A stretch of 58,583 nucleotides of DNA from a virus (Duplodnaviria > Caudoviricetes). Under the pieces are notes generated by a model, which was not told where the DNA came from, made no database searches, and saw only the letters and a list, made by a program, of their open reading frames with translations. The translations under genes and the position numbers were made by a program. The stretch spans positions 1-58,583 of the IMG/VR virus record IMGVR_UViG_3300024331_000037; one strand, given 5' to 3'. This document shows, piece by piece, positions 1-8,647 of this stretch. Every line of letters starts with the position of its first letter. Within the stretch, counting starts at the first letter, position 1.

Positions 1-156
1 GGCAAGGTGATTTTATGCCTGTTAAATCTTCCTGCCTGGACGCAACACTATCCGGGGGAGAGCCAGCCGGATGCGCCCAGCGCCCTAATGCTAATGGTCG
101 GGTAGATGTTTTTTTATCTCTTTAGGGGTAGGGGTAAAAAAACACCTATTCTGACC
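1..156 (+). ncRNA. Structured non-coding region (three hairpins) upstream of replication genes
   Basis: Stems 1-36 (GGCA..TGCC, GATTT/AAATC), ~37-79 (CGCA/TGCG, TCCGG/CCGGA) and a ~25-bp hairpin 96-156 with several G-U pairs. Confidence 0.45.
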
Positions 157-231
157 GCCTCAACAACCCGCAACCCTTTGCTATTGAATGTTACACCTAT
201 CCTTTAATAAGCCTAAAATCAGTAACTATAT

Positions 232-576
232 ATGACACTAAAGAACGAATTTATCCCGACAAACCCATTTTCAGAAAATTTCACCCAACATTGGGATTTT
301 TGGAAGCGGTACAAAAAAGAGGATCACAACTTTACGTACCGATCTTCAATGAGTGAACAGGCCGCGTTAAATGAACTTGTAGGACTTAGCGACGGCGACG
401 AACAAGAGGCCATACGGATTATTAACCGCTCAATGGCCCACGGATGGAAAGGACTTTTCAGAATACACAAACCGAAAGAAGATGGAAAACAAGCCCCAAA
501 GAAAAAAACAACAGGAAGAGCTACTCCTGATGACCTCTACGCCGCCTATATTAAGCCTACTGGGACTGAAGGATGA
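232..576 (+). CDS. Replication initiator C-terminal-like domain protein
   Basis: W..WK.YK...Y.S...EQAALNEL...IINRSMAHGWKGLF resembles phage replisome-organiser C-termini. Confidence 0.55.
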   Translation: MTLKNEFIPTNPFSENFTQHWDFWKRYKKEDHNFTYRSSMSEQAALNELVGLSDGDEQEAIRIINRSMAHGWKGLFRIHKPKEDGKQAPKKKTTGRATPDDLYAAYIKPTGTEG

Positions 577-1123
577 GGATTCATTATCTGAAAGGTTGGC
601 GTCATTCAGGGAAAAGGGGGTCGTAAAATATGAGCGGTCACTAGCTTTGCCGATGGAGCAGCGTATCCCTGCATTAACCCAAACGCCGGAAGGTCGTAAA
701 AAAGTGTCCATTGCGATTGCCAGCAGTATATTAGCGGCCTTTCAGCACATTGACAAAGACAAGGCGCGTATGAGCGCGGCGACAATAAAGGAAGTGGCCG
801 AAGCCATTATTGACAGTTCAAACGAGGATCAGCTATCTTTAGAGGATGTGCTATTGTTCTTGAAAGATATGCTGATGGGAAAATTCGGCAAGCTACCCGG
901 CGCGTTGGATATGCCAGCCTTCTTTGACATTTTTGAAAAGTACCGGGAAGAAAGATACCAGACAATTCGTAAAATCAGGTGGGAAGAACACCTATCTTAC
1001 AAGTCTTTGGGGGATTCAAACCGATCATTTGACGGACTTCCTTTGAAGCGAAACGACGATCCTGGTACTATGATCGACCTAATGCAAACCTATTATGAAG
1101 GACAAAAAGATCAAGAGGTATAA
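482..1123 (+). CDS. Putative helicase-loader-like replication protein
   Basis: Helical protein overlapping the initiator-like gene; LSLEDVLLFL...GKFGKL segment; position. Confidence 0.4.
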   Translation: MENKPQRKKQQEELLLMTSTPPILSLLGLKDEDSLSERLASFREKGVVKYERSLALPMEQRIPALTQTPEGRKKVSIAIASSILAAFQHIDKDKARMSAATIKEVAEAIIDSSNEDQLSLEDVLLFLKDMLMGKFGKLPGALDMPAFFDIFEKYREERYQTIRKIRWEEHLSYKSLGDSNRSFDGLPLKRNDDPGTMIDLMQTYYEGQKDQEV

Positions 1124-1316
1124 GTTGTTACCGTCACTGAAAGAAAAGAAAATAGTGGAAAAGAAAATGTGTAATGTATGCGAAGATGAAAAACCGTTGA
1201 GTGACTTCGCTAAAAGTAAAACATATTCGGACGGACACCGGCCAACGTGTAAGGAATGTACGAATAAATTGCAGCGAGAAATGTATAACAAAAGCAAAGA
1301 GCCTTTCCCATTTTAA
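1095..1316 (+). CDS. Small zinc-finger protein
   Basis: CNVC...KPLSDF...DG.RPTCKEC. Confidence 0.6.
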   Translation: MKDKKIKRYKLLPSLKEKKIVEKKMCNVCEDEKPLSDFAKSKTYSDGHRPTCKECTNKLQREMYNKSKEPFPF

Positions 1317-1328
1317 AACCTCTACATT

Positions 1329-1676
1329 ATGAACTATATAGCAGTACCAGGAATGAAAAGCAGGAGAGAACTACAAATTTGTGTAGGCTTGCACCCCAAT
1401 AGGACTGAAGACGTTATTGAAGTAGTAGAAAAATATTTCAATATTCCTTTCGCTATGATGCAGCATAGAACAAGACGGAGAGAAGTTTGCTATGCAAGGC
1501 AGGTATGTATGTATTTCTTATGTAAAAAGACGCATAACAGTTTAAAAAGCATTGGCGAAATGTTTGGTGGCAGAGATCACACAAGCGTTATTCATGCAAG
1601 GGAACTAATAAAAGACCTTATTGACACTAACGAGCAAACAAAGAAAGACATAGACACTCTTTCCGATAAACTATGA
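1329..1676 (+). CDS. Stand-alone DnaA C-terminal (domain IV) HTH protein
   Basis: RRREVCYARQVCMYF...SLKSIGEMFGGRDHTSVIHA matches the Bac_DnaA_C signature. Confidence 0.85.
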   Translation: MNYIAVPGMKSRRELQICVGLHPNRTEDVIEVVEKYFNIPFAMMQHRTRRREVCYARQVCMYFLCKKTHNSLKSIGEMFGGRDHTSVIHARELIKDLIDTNEQTKKDIDTLSDKL

Positions 1677-2071
1677 TAGCCATATTATACCATAGGGGTT
1701 CAGGCGATTGGTGGCAGGAGGTAGTATTTGTTTTATCGCAGGTTGGTATAGCGATGTTCCAAGCCGGGAAGTTCGCGGCGAATGTAGCCATATCTCATAC
1801 CTTTTGGGCTGTAGTTGTCGCCGCTGAAATAATATTGCTATCTTGCTTTTCGAAACGAAAGTGGGCAATGGCCGCAACATTGGTACTCGAAAGAATTATT
1901 GTTTTTAACCCTGTGATAAATCTAATTCGTAAAAAGCCATTCTTCTACGTCAACTCTTGGAAACATGGATCATGGATGGATAAATACCTTCCGAAAGGTT
2001 ACTACCCTTACCTATTTGTTGCAGCTTGTATCGCATTACTTTGTATAAAACTAATTCATCATAAACACTAG
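1673..2071 (+). CDS. Hypothetical membrane protein
   Basis: Several hydrophobic segments; ATGA overlap with upstream gene. Confidence 0.6.
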   Translation: MIAILYHRGSGDWWQEVVFVLSQVGIAMFQAGKFAANVAISHTFWAVVVAAEIILLSCFSKRKWAMAATLVLERIIVFNPVINLIRKKPFFYVNSWKHGSWMDKYLPKGYYPYLFVAACIALLCIKLIHHKH

Positions 2072-2076
2072 GATGT

Positions 2077-2925
2077 ATGACATTGGACGGAATGATTGGA
2101 AGAAAATTTAATTTATTAACCGTAATAGATGCTGTTTCGGAACGCAATAGCGTTGGAAGGGTAATGTGGTTGTGCAAGTGCGATTGTGGTGAAGAATGCG
2201 TTAGGGAAGGGGTTAAACTAAGAAATGGGACGTCTAAATCTTGTGGTTGCCTAAATCATGTTGTGGTTGATATTTTAGGCAAAAGATTCGGCAAACTAGT
2301 AGTTATGGCGCTTAATCCATTAAGAAACAAGCATGGCGGTGCTATGTGGGATTGTATTTGCGATTGCGGTAAAAATAAGACGTATTCGTACCAACTACTA
2401 AAGAATGGGAAGGCGGTGTCTTGTGGATGTAAAAGTAAGGAATGGCAACGGATCTTCGGTGAACAGGCGTCGGTGCATGGGCTATGTAAACACCCTCTAT
2501 ACAAACAGTTTCATGGCATCATTGATAGATGCTATAACCCACACACGCCAAACTACCCGATGTACGGAGGAAAGGGCGTCTCGGTTTGTGATGAATGGAG
2601 GAATGATTTTAAAACGTTTTACGACTGGGCGTTAGCAAATGGTTGGGAAAGGGGTATGCATATAGATAAGGATCACAAAGCAATTACCGCAGGTGTAAAA
2701 CCTATGCTATATTCCCCAGAATGGTGTAGTGTAATGACACACTTTGAAAATTCACAAAGGAAAAGAAATTCCATACTTATTGAGTATAGCGGAGAAACGC
2801 ATAACTTAACTGAATGGGCAAACAAACTTGGTATAAAAAAACACACGTTACTATTTAGAATAGAAAGAAAATGGCCATTAGAAAAAGCGTTTAATCCCGC
2901 AAAACAATATTATACAGTAAAATAA
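2077..2925 (+). CDS. Putative HNH-type homing endonuclease with repeated CxCDCG domains
   Basis: Two W.C.CDCG...SCGC repeats, RC.NP...Y..YGG.G..VCDEW...F..F..WA, C-terminal HTH (L.EWA..LGI). Confidence 0.75.
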   Translation: MTLDGMIGRKFNLLTVIDAVSERNSVGRVMWLCKCDCGEECVREGVKLRNGTSKSCGCLNHVVVDILGKRFGKLVVMALNPLRNKHGGAMWDCICDCGKNKTYSYQLLKNGKAVSCGCKSKEWQRIFGEQASVHGLCKHPLYKQFHGIIDRCYNPHTPNYPMYGGKGVSVCDEWRNDFKTFYDWALANGWERGMHIDKDHKAITAGVKPMLYSPEWCSVMTHFENSQRKRNSILIEYSGETHNLTEWANKLGIKKHTLLFRIERKWPLEKAFNPAKQYYTVK

Positions 2926-2930
2926 ATAAA

Positions 2931-3140
2931 ATGAGAATATTTCAGCTTCAGTCCGATGTGGACGGGGTAAAGGCCGGTACTAAACTAACTGGTCCCCTAG
3001 CGATTTTGAACCAACCGACATTAGGCTATTATACCGATGAGAACCTACCCAATGCTCCATCTGACCAATGTTTTTTCGCATCAGCGGTAGAGCGTAATCC
3101 TAGACTATTTAAAGAAATTACGAATGAAACTAAGGCTTAA
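2931..3140 (+). CDS. Hypothetical protein
   Basis: 69-aa ORF with AT-rich start context. Confidence 0.6.
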   Translation: MRIFQLQSDVDGVKAGTKLTGPLAILNQPTLGYYTDENLPNAPSDQCFFASAVERNPRLFKEITNETKA

Positions 3141-3279
3141 TAAATTCTGTGCAGATGATTGGATAGGAGCTATAGGAGTATGGATTCTTATATCAGCCGC
3201 TAACTACATGGTATGGAAAGTTATCTTTGATATTGCAAAAATGTTCTTTCACTGGATTGATACCCTTATCTTAAAATAA
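3124..3279 (+). CDS. Small membrane protein (51 aa, not in ORF track)
   Basis: MKLRLNKFCADDWIGAIGVWILISAANYMVWKVIF...; overlaps upstream stop. Confidence 0.5.
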   Translation: MKLRLNKFCADDWIGAIGVWILISAANYMVWKVIFDIAKMFFHWIDTLILK

Positions 3280-3336
3280 AAAACCTCCGATAGAAATCGG
3301 AGGACATTAAGTAAGCAATTAAAATTCAAATAAATG

Positions 3337-3639
3337 TTACGTACGAAGTGCCGCAAGTTGAGCTTCCGTGGAATCACAAAGATACTTTTTAGTGAATCCA
3401 ATTGGCTGCAAGGCTGGCGGGAGAATTTCAACGATAGAGTTGGCCGTAACCGTACCGAAACCGGTATTGAAAACAACGCCGGGGGAAATTCCGATAACTC
3501 GCGTACCCGCTACCGGCCACGATTGGTAGCTGGCGGCTGTATAGCCGTTGCCGACTAACTGCCATCCCCCGTTTTTCCCGTCATAGGTGGAAACTTCACC
3601 ATAGGCGGTAAATGAGAAACTTGATTGACCTGTTGCCAT
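3337..3639 (-). CDS. Hypothetical beta-rich protein, possibly structural
   Basis: 100-aa ORF with AT-rich leader and TACATTTA promoter-like site on the minus strand. Confidence 0.65.
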   Translation of the reverse strand: MATGQSSFSFTAYGEVSTYDGKNGGWQLVGNGYTAASYQSWPVAGTRVIGISPGVVFNTGFGTVTANSIVEILPPALQPIGFTKKYLCDSTEAQLAALRT

Positions 3640-3702
3640 AAAATTAAATTTAAGTTTTAAAAAATGATAATTGGCGGCATAAATGTAATATTATTTAAAT
3701 AA

Positions 3703-5214
3703 ATGGAACCAAAACGATTAGATCGCGTCACGCTTTGCCTAATTGATACGGTAAACTACGGTCAGGCAATAATTTCGCTAACTAAAAGCCTGAATCAAAT
3801 TGAGCCAGCACGGACAATATTTTTTACCGATGCTGATTTGCCCGTTTTCGATGACAGTGTAGAGATTGTCAAGATACCAAACATCAAATCAAAGCAGGAA
3901 TACTCCCATTTCGTCGTTAAAGAACTTTGGAAGTACATAGAAACAGACTTTGTGTTAATAACGCAATGGGATGCAGTCGTTTTGAATGGTTCCGCATGGA
4001 GGCATGAATACTATGAATATGACCTCATGGCCGCCCCCTGGTTGTATGAAGATGGCAGAAATATAGGCAATGGCGGTGGATCATTGAGAAGCAAGCGGCT
4101 GATGACTATTTTGGGGACTGACCCGTTTATTGAAATTACGCACCCGGAAGATGAGATTTTGGGTCGGTTGTATCGCAGCTATTTGGAAACTAAATACGGC
4201 ATCAAATTCCCGTCAGAAGAATTAGCCGATACATTTTCCTATGAACTTCGCGCGCCAATACACGATACCTTTATGCACCACTCTTTTTTCCACAAACCTT
4301 TCAAAGGAGTAGTGGTAATTAAAAGAACAGGGGCGTTAGGAGACGTTATCATGGTAGAGCCGGTTATGCACTATTTCCACAAGCAAGGGTTTAGGGTAGT
4401 ATTAGACACTATGCCGCAATTTTTCAATTTCTTCGCCAACCACTATTTCAAAGTACACCACATGGAGGAATTGGATAGGCGAGTAATGGCGACCGCGAAA
4501 GTTATCAACTTAGACATGGCCTACGAGATTACCCCACGACAACTACACTTAAAAAGCTATTACGATGTTTGCGGAATAAAGGACGGTATAATTAGAAACC
4601 CAAAGTTACGACTGCCGTTTGACCACAAAGACCCGTCAGCTAAGATGTTCAAAAAATACGCAATCCTTCACCTAGACAAACGTCCGCAGATGGCTAGGAA
4701 CTCATACGGCATTGAATGGTGCGGTGTAGTATGGGAATTACAGGATAAGGGGTACGAGGTTATCCAAATTGGTCAAGGTGACCGGCAGGTAGTGGAGGAA
4801 GCAACGCAAATGGTTAACATAGGAGAAATGCTACTTATGAGATTAATCGGTGCTGCGGATATATTCATTGGCCATGATAGCGGCCCGTCAAACATAGCTA
4901 TTGCGATGGAAACACCAGCAGTTATTTTATTCGGAAGTGTAAACCCGGATTATATTATCCCGGATCAGTCAAACGTCATCGCGATAACAAAACACAAATC
5001 AGCTACGACGGTTTGCAAATCTCCGTATTGTTGGTCATCTGTAATAGGTCAGGAAGGTATTGAATGTATAGAACTAGAGGGCAGACGTAGGATAAATACT
5101 CAAATGATGCAGGGAAGGCCATGCGAGGAAGTGGCGGAAGATCAAATCCCCCCTTGCGTACAGTTCACTACTGAACAGGTTATCGAAGCTATAAATAAAA
5201 TAACATGCAAATAG
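3703..5214 (+). CDS. Two-domain glycosyltransferase (DUF5672-like N-terminus + GT9-like C-terminus)
   Basis: IETDFVLITQWD, GNGGGSLRSK, HPEDE; then RTGALGDVIM and FIGHDSGPSNIAIAM..PAVILFG. Confidence 0.85.
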   Translation: MEPKRLDRVTLCLIDTVNYGQAIISLTKSLNQIEPARTIFFTDADLPVFDDSVEIVKIPNIKSKQEYSHFVVKELWKYIETDFVLITQWDAVVLNGSAWRHEYYEYDLMAAPWLYEDGRNIGNGGGSLRSKRLMTILGTDPFIEITHPEDEILGRLYRSYLETKYGIKFPSEELADTFSYELRAPIHDTFMHHSFFHKPFKGVVVIKRTGALGDVIMVEPVMHYFHKQGFRVVLDTMPQFFNFFANHYFKVHHMEELDRRVMATAKVINLDMAYEITPRQLHLKSYYDVCGIKDGIIRNPKLRLPFDHKDPSAKMFKKYAILHLDKRPQMARNSYGIEWCGVVWELQDKGYEVIQIGQGDRQVVEEATQMVNIGEMLLMRLIGAADIFIGHDSGPSNIAIAMETPAVILFGSVNPDYIIPDQSNVIAITKHKSATTVCKSPYCWSSVIGQEGIECIELEGRRRINTQMMQGRPCEEVAEDQIPPCVQFTTEQVIEAINKITCK

Positions 5215-5780
5215 TTCTTGAAGGAATAGAAGGGAGTGGGGAATTATGGTTGGATATAATGAGAATTATATGCGGCGATACGTCTGGTAAATCAATGGTG
5301 GATTTAGGATGCCATAAAGCGCCATACACCCCTTTGCTTGGATTTTCTGAAAGAACTTACGTGGATATTCAGGATAGACCGCTAGATCATACCAACGAGC
5401 AGAAATATTTCATTAAAGAGGATATAATTCATTACTTAAATGCAATAGATCGGGGACCAAATGTATTTGTGCTTTCAGATACAATAGAACATTTGATTTT
5501 AGCTGATGGGTATAAGGTAATTAATTTGATGACCGATAAAGGGTACAAAAATATAATCTTTACCCCATTAGGAGAATATATGCTTGAGCCAACGCCAACT
5601 AATAACCCTGATTCACATAGAAGCGCATGGATTCCAGAAATGCTAAGCGGGTACGTTTCTATAATTCTGCCAAACTTCCATAAGTCAATAAATAAGGGGG
5701 CATTCTTTGCTTTTAATTGCAACCAACAAGAAACAGATCGAATTATTAACGAAATAAAAGCTAAATATGACAAAAATTGA
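5205..5780 (+). CDS. SAM-dependent methyltransferase-like protein
   Basis: MVDLGC motif I, YVDI, SDTIEHL, IFTP.G, H.S.W. Confidence 0.7.
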   Translation: MQIVLEGIEGSGELWLDIMRIICGDTSGKSMVDLGCHKAPYTPLLGFSERTYVDIQDRPLDHTNEQKYFIKEDIIHYLNAIDRGPNVFVLSDTIEHLILADGYKVINLMTDKGYKNIIFTPLGEYMLEPTPTNNPDSHRSAWIPEMLSGYVSIILPNFHKSINKGAFFAFNCNQQETDRIINEIKAKYDKN

Positions 5781-6417
5781 GCAAATAGATTTGTCCATAG
5801 AGAGGGCAATTAAAAGGCAATCTCAAATAACGCAAGATTCTTTGAATGTGCCCGCTTTGGCAAGCCTTAGAATTAGGCATCTGTTAAACAACTTAGGGGC
5901 ATTGTCAACAAAATATCTCGAAGTTGGAGTCCACAAAGGGGGCAGTTTTTGTTCGACGGTTTGCAAGAATATCTTATTTTCAGCAACGGCTATTGATAGT
6001 TTTGAATCAGACGAGGCGTATCATACCGATCAGGCAAAACCTCAATTTCTTGAAAACGCACACAAGCTATTAGAGCCTTGTACAAAATTCAATCTAATCG
6101 TTGGGGATAGCTTTGGTATTGACTTAAACCAAATCGTTAACGGGATTGACCTTTTCCTTTATGACGCCAGCCATAGCTACGAAGATCAAAAAAATGCGTT
6201 AATCTATTATAAACCAGTATTGGCCGACGAATTTATTTATTGCTGTGATGATTGGATGTATGATAGAGTAAAAGAGGGTACAATGGACGGCATAGAACAA
6301 GGCGGCTACGAAATATTGCACAAACGGGAATTGATTAATGAAACACCAGGGGATGACCATAACAATGAGCAGTGGTGGCGATCATATGCCGTATTTCTTC
6401 TAAAAAAGAAACCATGA
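5767..6417 (+). CDS. Class I SAM-dependent methyltransferase (Methyltransf_24-like)
   Basis: YLEVGVHKGGS, AIDSF, DLFLYDASHSYE, CCDDW. Confidence 0.8.
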   Translation: MTKIEQIDLSIERAIKRQSQITQDSLNVPALASLRIRHLLNNLGALSTKYLEVGVHKGGSFCSTVCKNILFSATAIDSFESDEAYHTDQAKPQFLENAHKLLEPCTKFNLIVGDSFGIDLNQIVNGIDLFLYDASHSYEDQKNALIYYKPVLADEFIYCCDDWMYDRVKEGTMDGIEQGGYEILHKRELINETPGDDHNNEQWWRSYAVFLLKKKP

Positions 6418-7163
6418 GCAAAAGACTAGGTGGCACTCAATTCGTTATTGATGGGCTTAAATACGATTATTGTTTTGCCGAATCAATACGGTCTATGAAG
6501 GAGTTTTGTGACGAGGTAATAGTTATCGACGCTGGAAGCAAGGACGGAACGGTTAATGTGCTTAGAACGTTGGAAGATAAAAAAACAAAGATTATATACC
6601 TAGATCGGGAGGAATGGGATAGCCTTCACGGGTGGGCAAAGCTAAATCACTTCTCAAATAAAGCCATTGCCGAACTTACAACGGAATGGAATTATTACCA
6701 ACAGAGCGACGAGGTAACGCATGAGGTTTGCTATAAAGCCATCCGGGAAGCTGTAGATTATGGAACCGCAGAAGCCTATACCGTCAAAAGAATAAACCTA
6801 TGGAATACCCCCTTCCAAATGCTAAACGTTCAAGGAAACAGAAACCCATGCAGTACAGAAGTAATACGGTTGGCTAAATCCCATTACATGACAGGAGGGG
6901 ACGCCGAAAGTATTTACGCCCCCGCTAGTAGTACCTATGTAGAAAGAATAAGACTTTACCATTTTGGATTTGTCCGCTCAAAAAAGGTTCACGCTGATAA
7001 GATAAGGAATATGCAGGCCAATGTATTCGAGGTTGGAGTAGACGCTAAACTAGAAGGAATGACTACCTTCGACCCTACTAAATGGTTTTCTGACGAAGAT
7101 TTATTGCCAGTGCCGGAACCACTACCCAAAATCATGCAGCAATGGGCTCTTTTGCGCATATGA
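6414..7163 (+). CDS. Family 2 glycosyltransferase
   Basis: DEVIVIDAGSKDGT, QSDE, HFGFVR; start placed at ATG 6414. Confidence 0.85.
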   Translation: MSKRLGGTQFVIDGLKYDYCFAESIRSMKEFCDEVIVIDAGSKDGTVNVLRTLEDKKTKIIYLDREEWDSLHGWAKLNHFSNKAIAELTTEWNYYQQSDEVTHEVCYKAIREAVDYGTAEAYTVKRINLWNTPFQMLNVQGNRNPCSTEVIRLAKSHYMTGGDAESIYAPASSTYVERIRLYHFGFVRSKKVHADKIRNMQANVFEVGVDAKLEGMTTFDPTKWFSDEDLLPVPEPLPKIMQQWALLRI

Positions 7164-7184
7164 AAATAATTACTAACTTTAATC

Positions 7185-7403
7185 ATGGCTAAGATAAAGG
7201 TAAATGGTAGAAAGTTGCCTGAATATCCCGCTAACCATAAGGTCGGCATGATAGTCCCCGAAGGAGGGAGTATGTGCCAACGCTGTCATTTTTGGGATGG
7301 TGAAGATTGCGAGAACAAATTATTCCGCGAATGGAACAACGGATCGGGGGAAATACCAGTAGAACCCACACGCTATTGCTGCGATTTTTTTAAAGCTAAA
7401 TAA
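7185..7403 (+). CDS. Small Cys-rich protein
   Basis: CQRC...C...YCCDFF; TAACTTTA promoter-like site just upstream. Confidence 0.65.
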   Translation: MAKIKVNGRKLPEYPANHKVGMIVPEGGSMCQRCHFWDGEDCENKLFREWNNGSGEIPVEPTRYCCDFFKAK

Positions 7404-7410
7404 CAGTCTT

Positions 7411-7620
7411 ATGGCTAAGAAAATAAAAGTAATTAAAGCTAAAAAGAAAGGTCAGAAAGACATCCACTTCAAACCAGGGGCATTACATAGCCAGCTTGGT
7501 GTGCCGCAGGGAGAAAAGATTCCAGCAAAGAAGATGAAATTAGCCAAGTCGGGAAGTCTGGGGCCACTTGCAGAAAAGAGGGCAAACTTTGCCGCTAACG
7601 TTTTAACAGGGAAGAAATGA
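7411..7620 (+). CDS. Small basic phage protein (KPGALH..LGVP.GEKIP type)
   Basis: Highly basic; motif recurrent in phage genomes near head genes. Confidence 0.65.
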   Translation: MAKKIKVIKAKKKGQKDIHFKPGALHSQLGVPQGEKIPAKKMKLAKSGSLGPLAEKRANFAANVLTGKK

Positions 7621-8306
7621 AGCATACCGAAGGCCGTATCGTTATAAAAGTAGATCACGAATACAAGAACAGCCACAAGTTGGATAATGGGCAAGTGCTT
7701 AGATTAGAGCGCGGTTGGAATAACTTAAATCGCCTAGAAGTAAGTCCTGTGAATGCAACGGTTATTTCTGGCGAAGGAATACCAGAAGAGGCGGAGGCGC
7801 TAATTCATCATAACAGCGTCCACGAAACCTACCGAATTACAAACCACGGAAGATTAAGCGGCCAAAAGATTGCAGACCGTATCGAATACTACTCTATTCC
7901 CGAAGATCAATTGTTTTTCTGGCGCAAAGATTCAGAAGTATGGAACCCGATCAAAGGATATGTAACCGCGTTACGCATATTCAAGCCATATAAAGGCATC
8001 CTTCACGGAATAAAACCAACACGGATAAAAGATACTCTTTATATCACTAGCGGCGAACTAGCGGGGAAAGTAGTTCATACCTTGAAAGCCGCAGACTACG
8101 AAATAATCTTTCAAGGGCTGGACCAAAAAGAACATCGGATCATTCGCGTCCGACATTCAGAAGATACCAATTACGAACGGGAAGAAATAACCTGTATTAA
8201 TCACTCATTGACAAAAGAAGTTAAAAAAGGAAATCTGCTTATTGGATTATCCATTACCGATGCTAAACCTTTAAAAGAATGGACGCCACGTCAACAAATA
8301 GCTTAG
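7617..8306 (+). CDS. Hypothetical protein, possibly GroES-like fold
   Basis: Beta-rich, ..ATVISG..LIHHN..; pre-terminase position seen in related Bacteroidota podoviruses. Confidence 0.5.
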   Translation: MKHTEGRIVIKVDHEYKNSHKLDNGQVLRLERGWNNLNRLEVSPVNATVISGEGIPEEAEALIHHNSVHETYRITNHGRLSGQKIADRIEYYSIPEDQLFFWRKDSEVWNPIKGYVTALRIFKPYKGILHGIKPTRIKDTLYITSGELAGKVVHTLKAADYEIIFQGLDQKEHRIIRVRHSEDTNYEREEITCINHSLTKEVKKGNLLIGLSITDAKPLKEWTPRQQIA

Positions 8307-8647
8307 AGCAAAAAGTTAAGGCTTTAGCTAAAATTATCTCGTTTTACGAAGAAAATGGCCCGGCTAAATTGTACTATAGCCTAAATAGAAAAGCGGCAGA
8401 AATGGCCGACCTCCTTAATTCAATCCATTTGAAAGATATAGCTATTGATGATCCTAAAGACAAAACGTTTGAAAGGATGCGGTTTATCATAAAAGACAGT
8501 TCTGAAATAGCTACAGCCGTTCAACTATTGGGTAACGCAGCAGGGGTAACAGGGGACGAAGAAGGAGATACAAGACCAAGACGTAGGATTACAACACCCG
8601 AAACCATTTCAGATGTACTTGGAAATACCGCAGGGAAGCAAGATTGA
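8279..8647 (+). CDS. Putative terminase small subunit
   Basis: 122-aa helical protein overlapping the large terminase start. Confidence 0.5.
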   Translation: MDATSTNSLEQKVKALAKIISFYEENGPAKLYYSLNRKAAEMADLLNSIHLKDIAIDDPKDKTFERMRFIIKDSSEIATAVQLLGNAAGVTGDEEGDTRPRRRITTPETISDVLGNTAGKQD

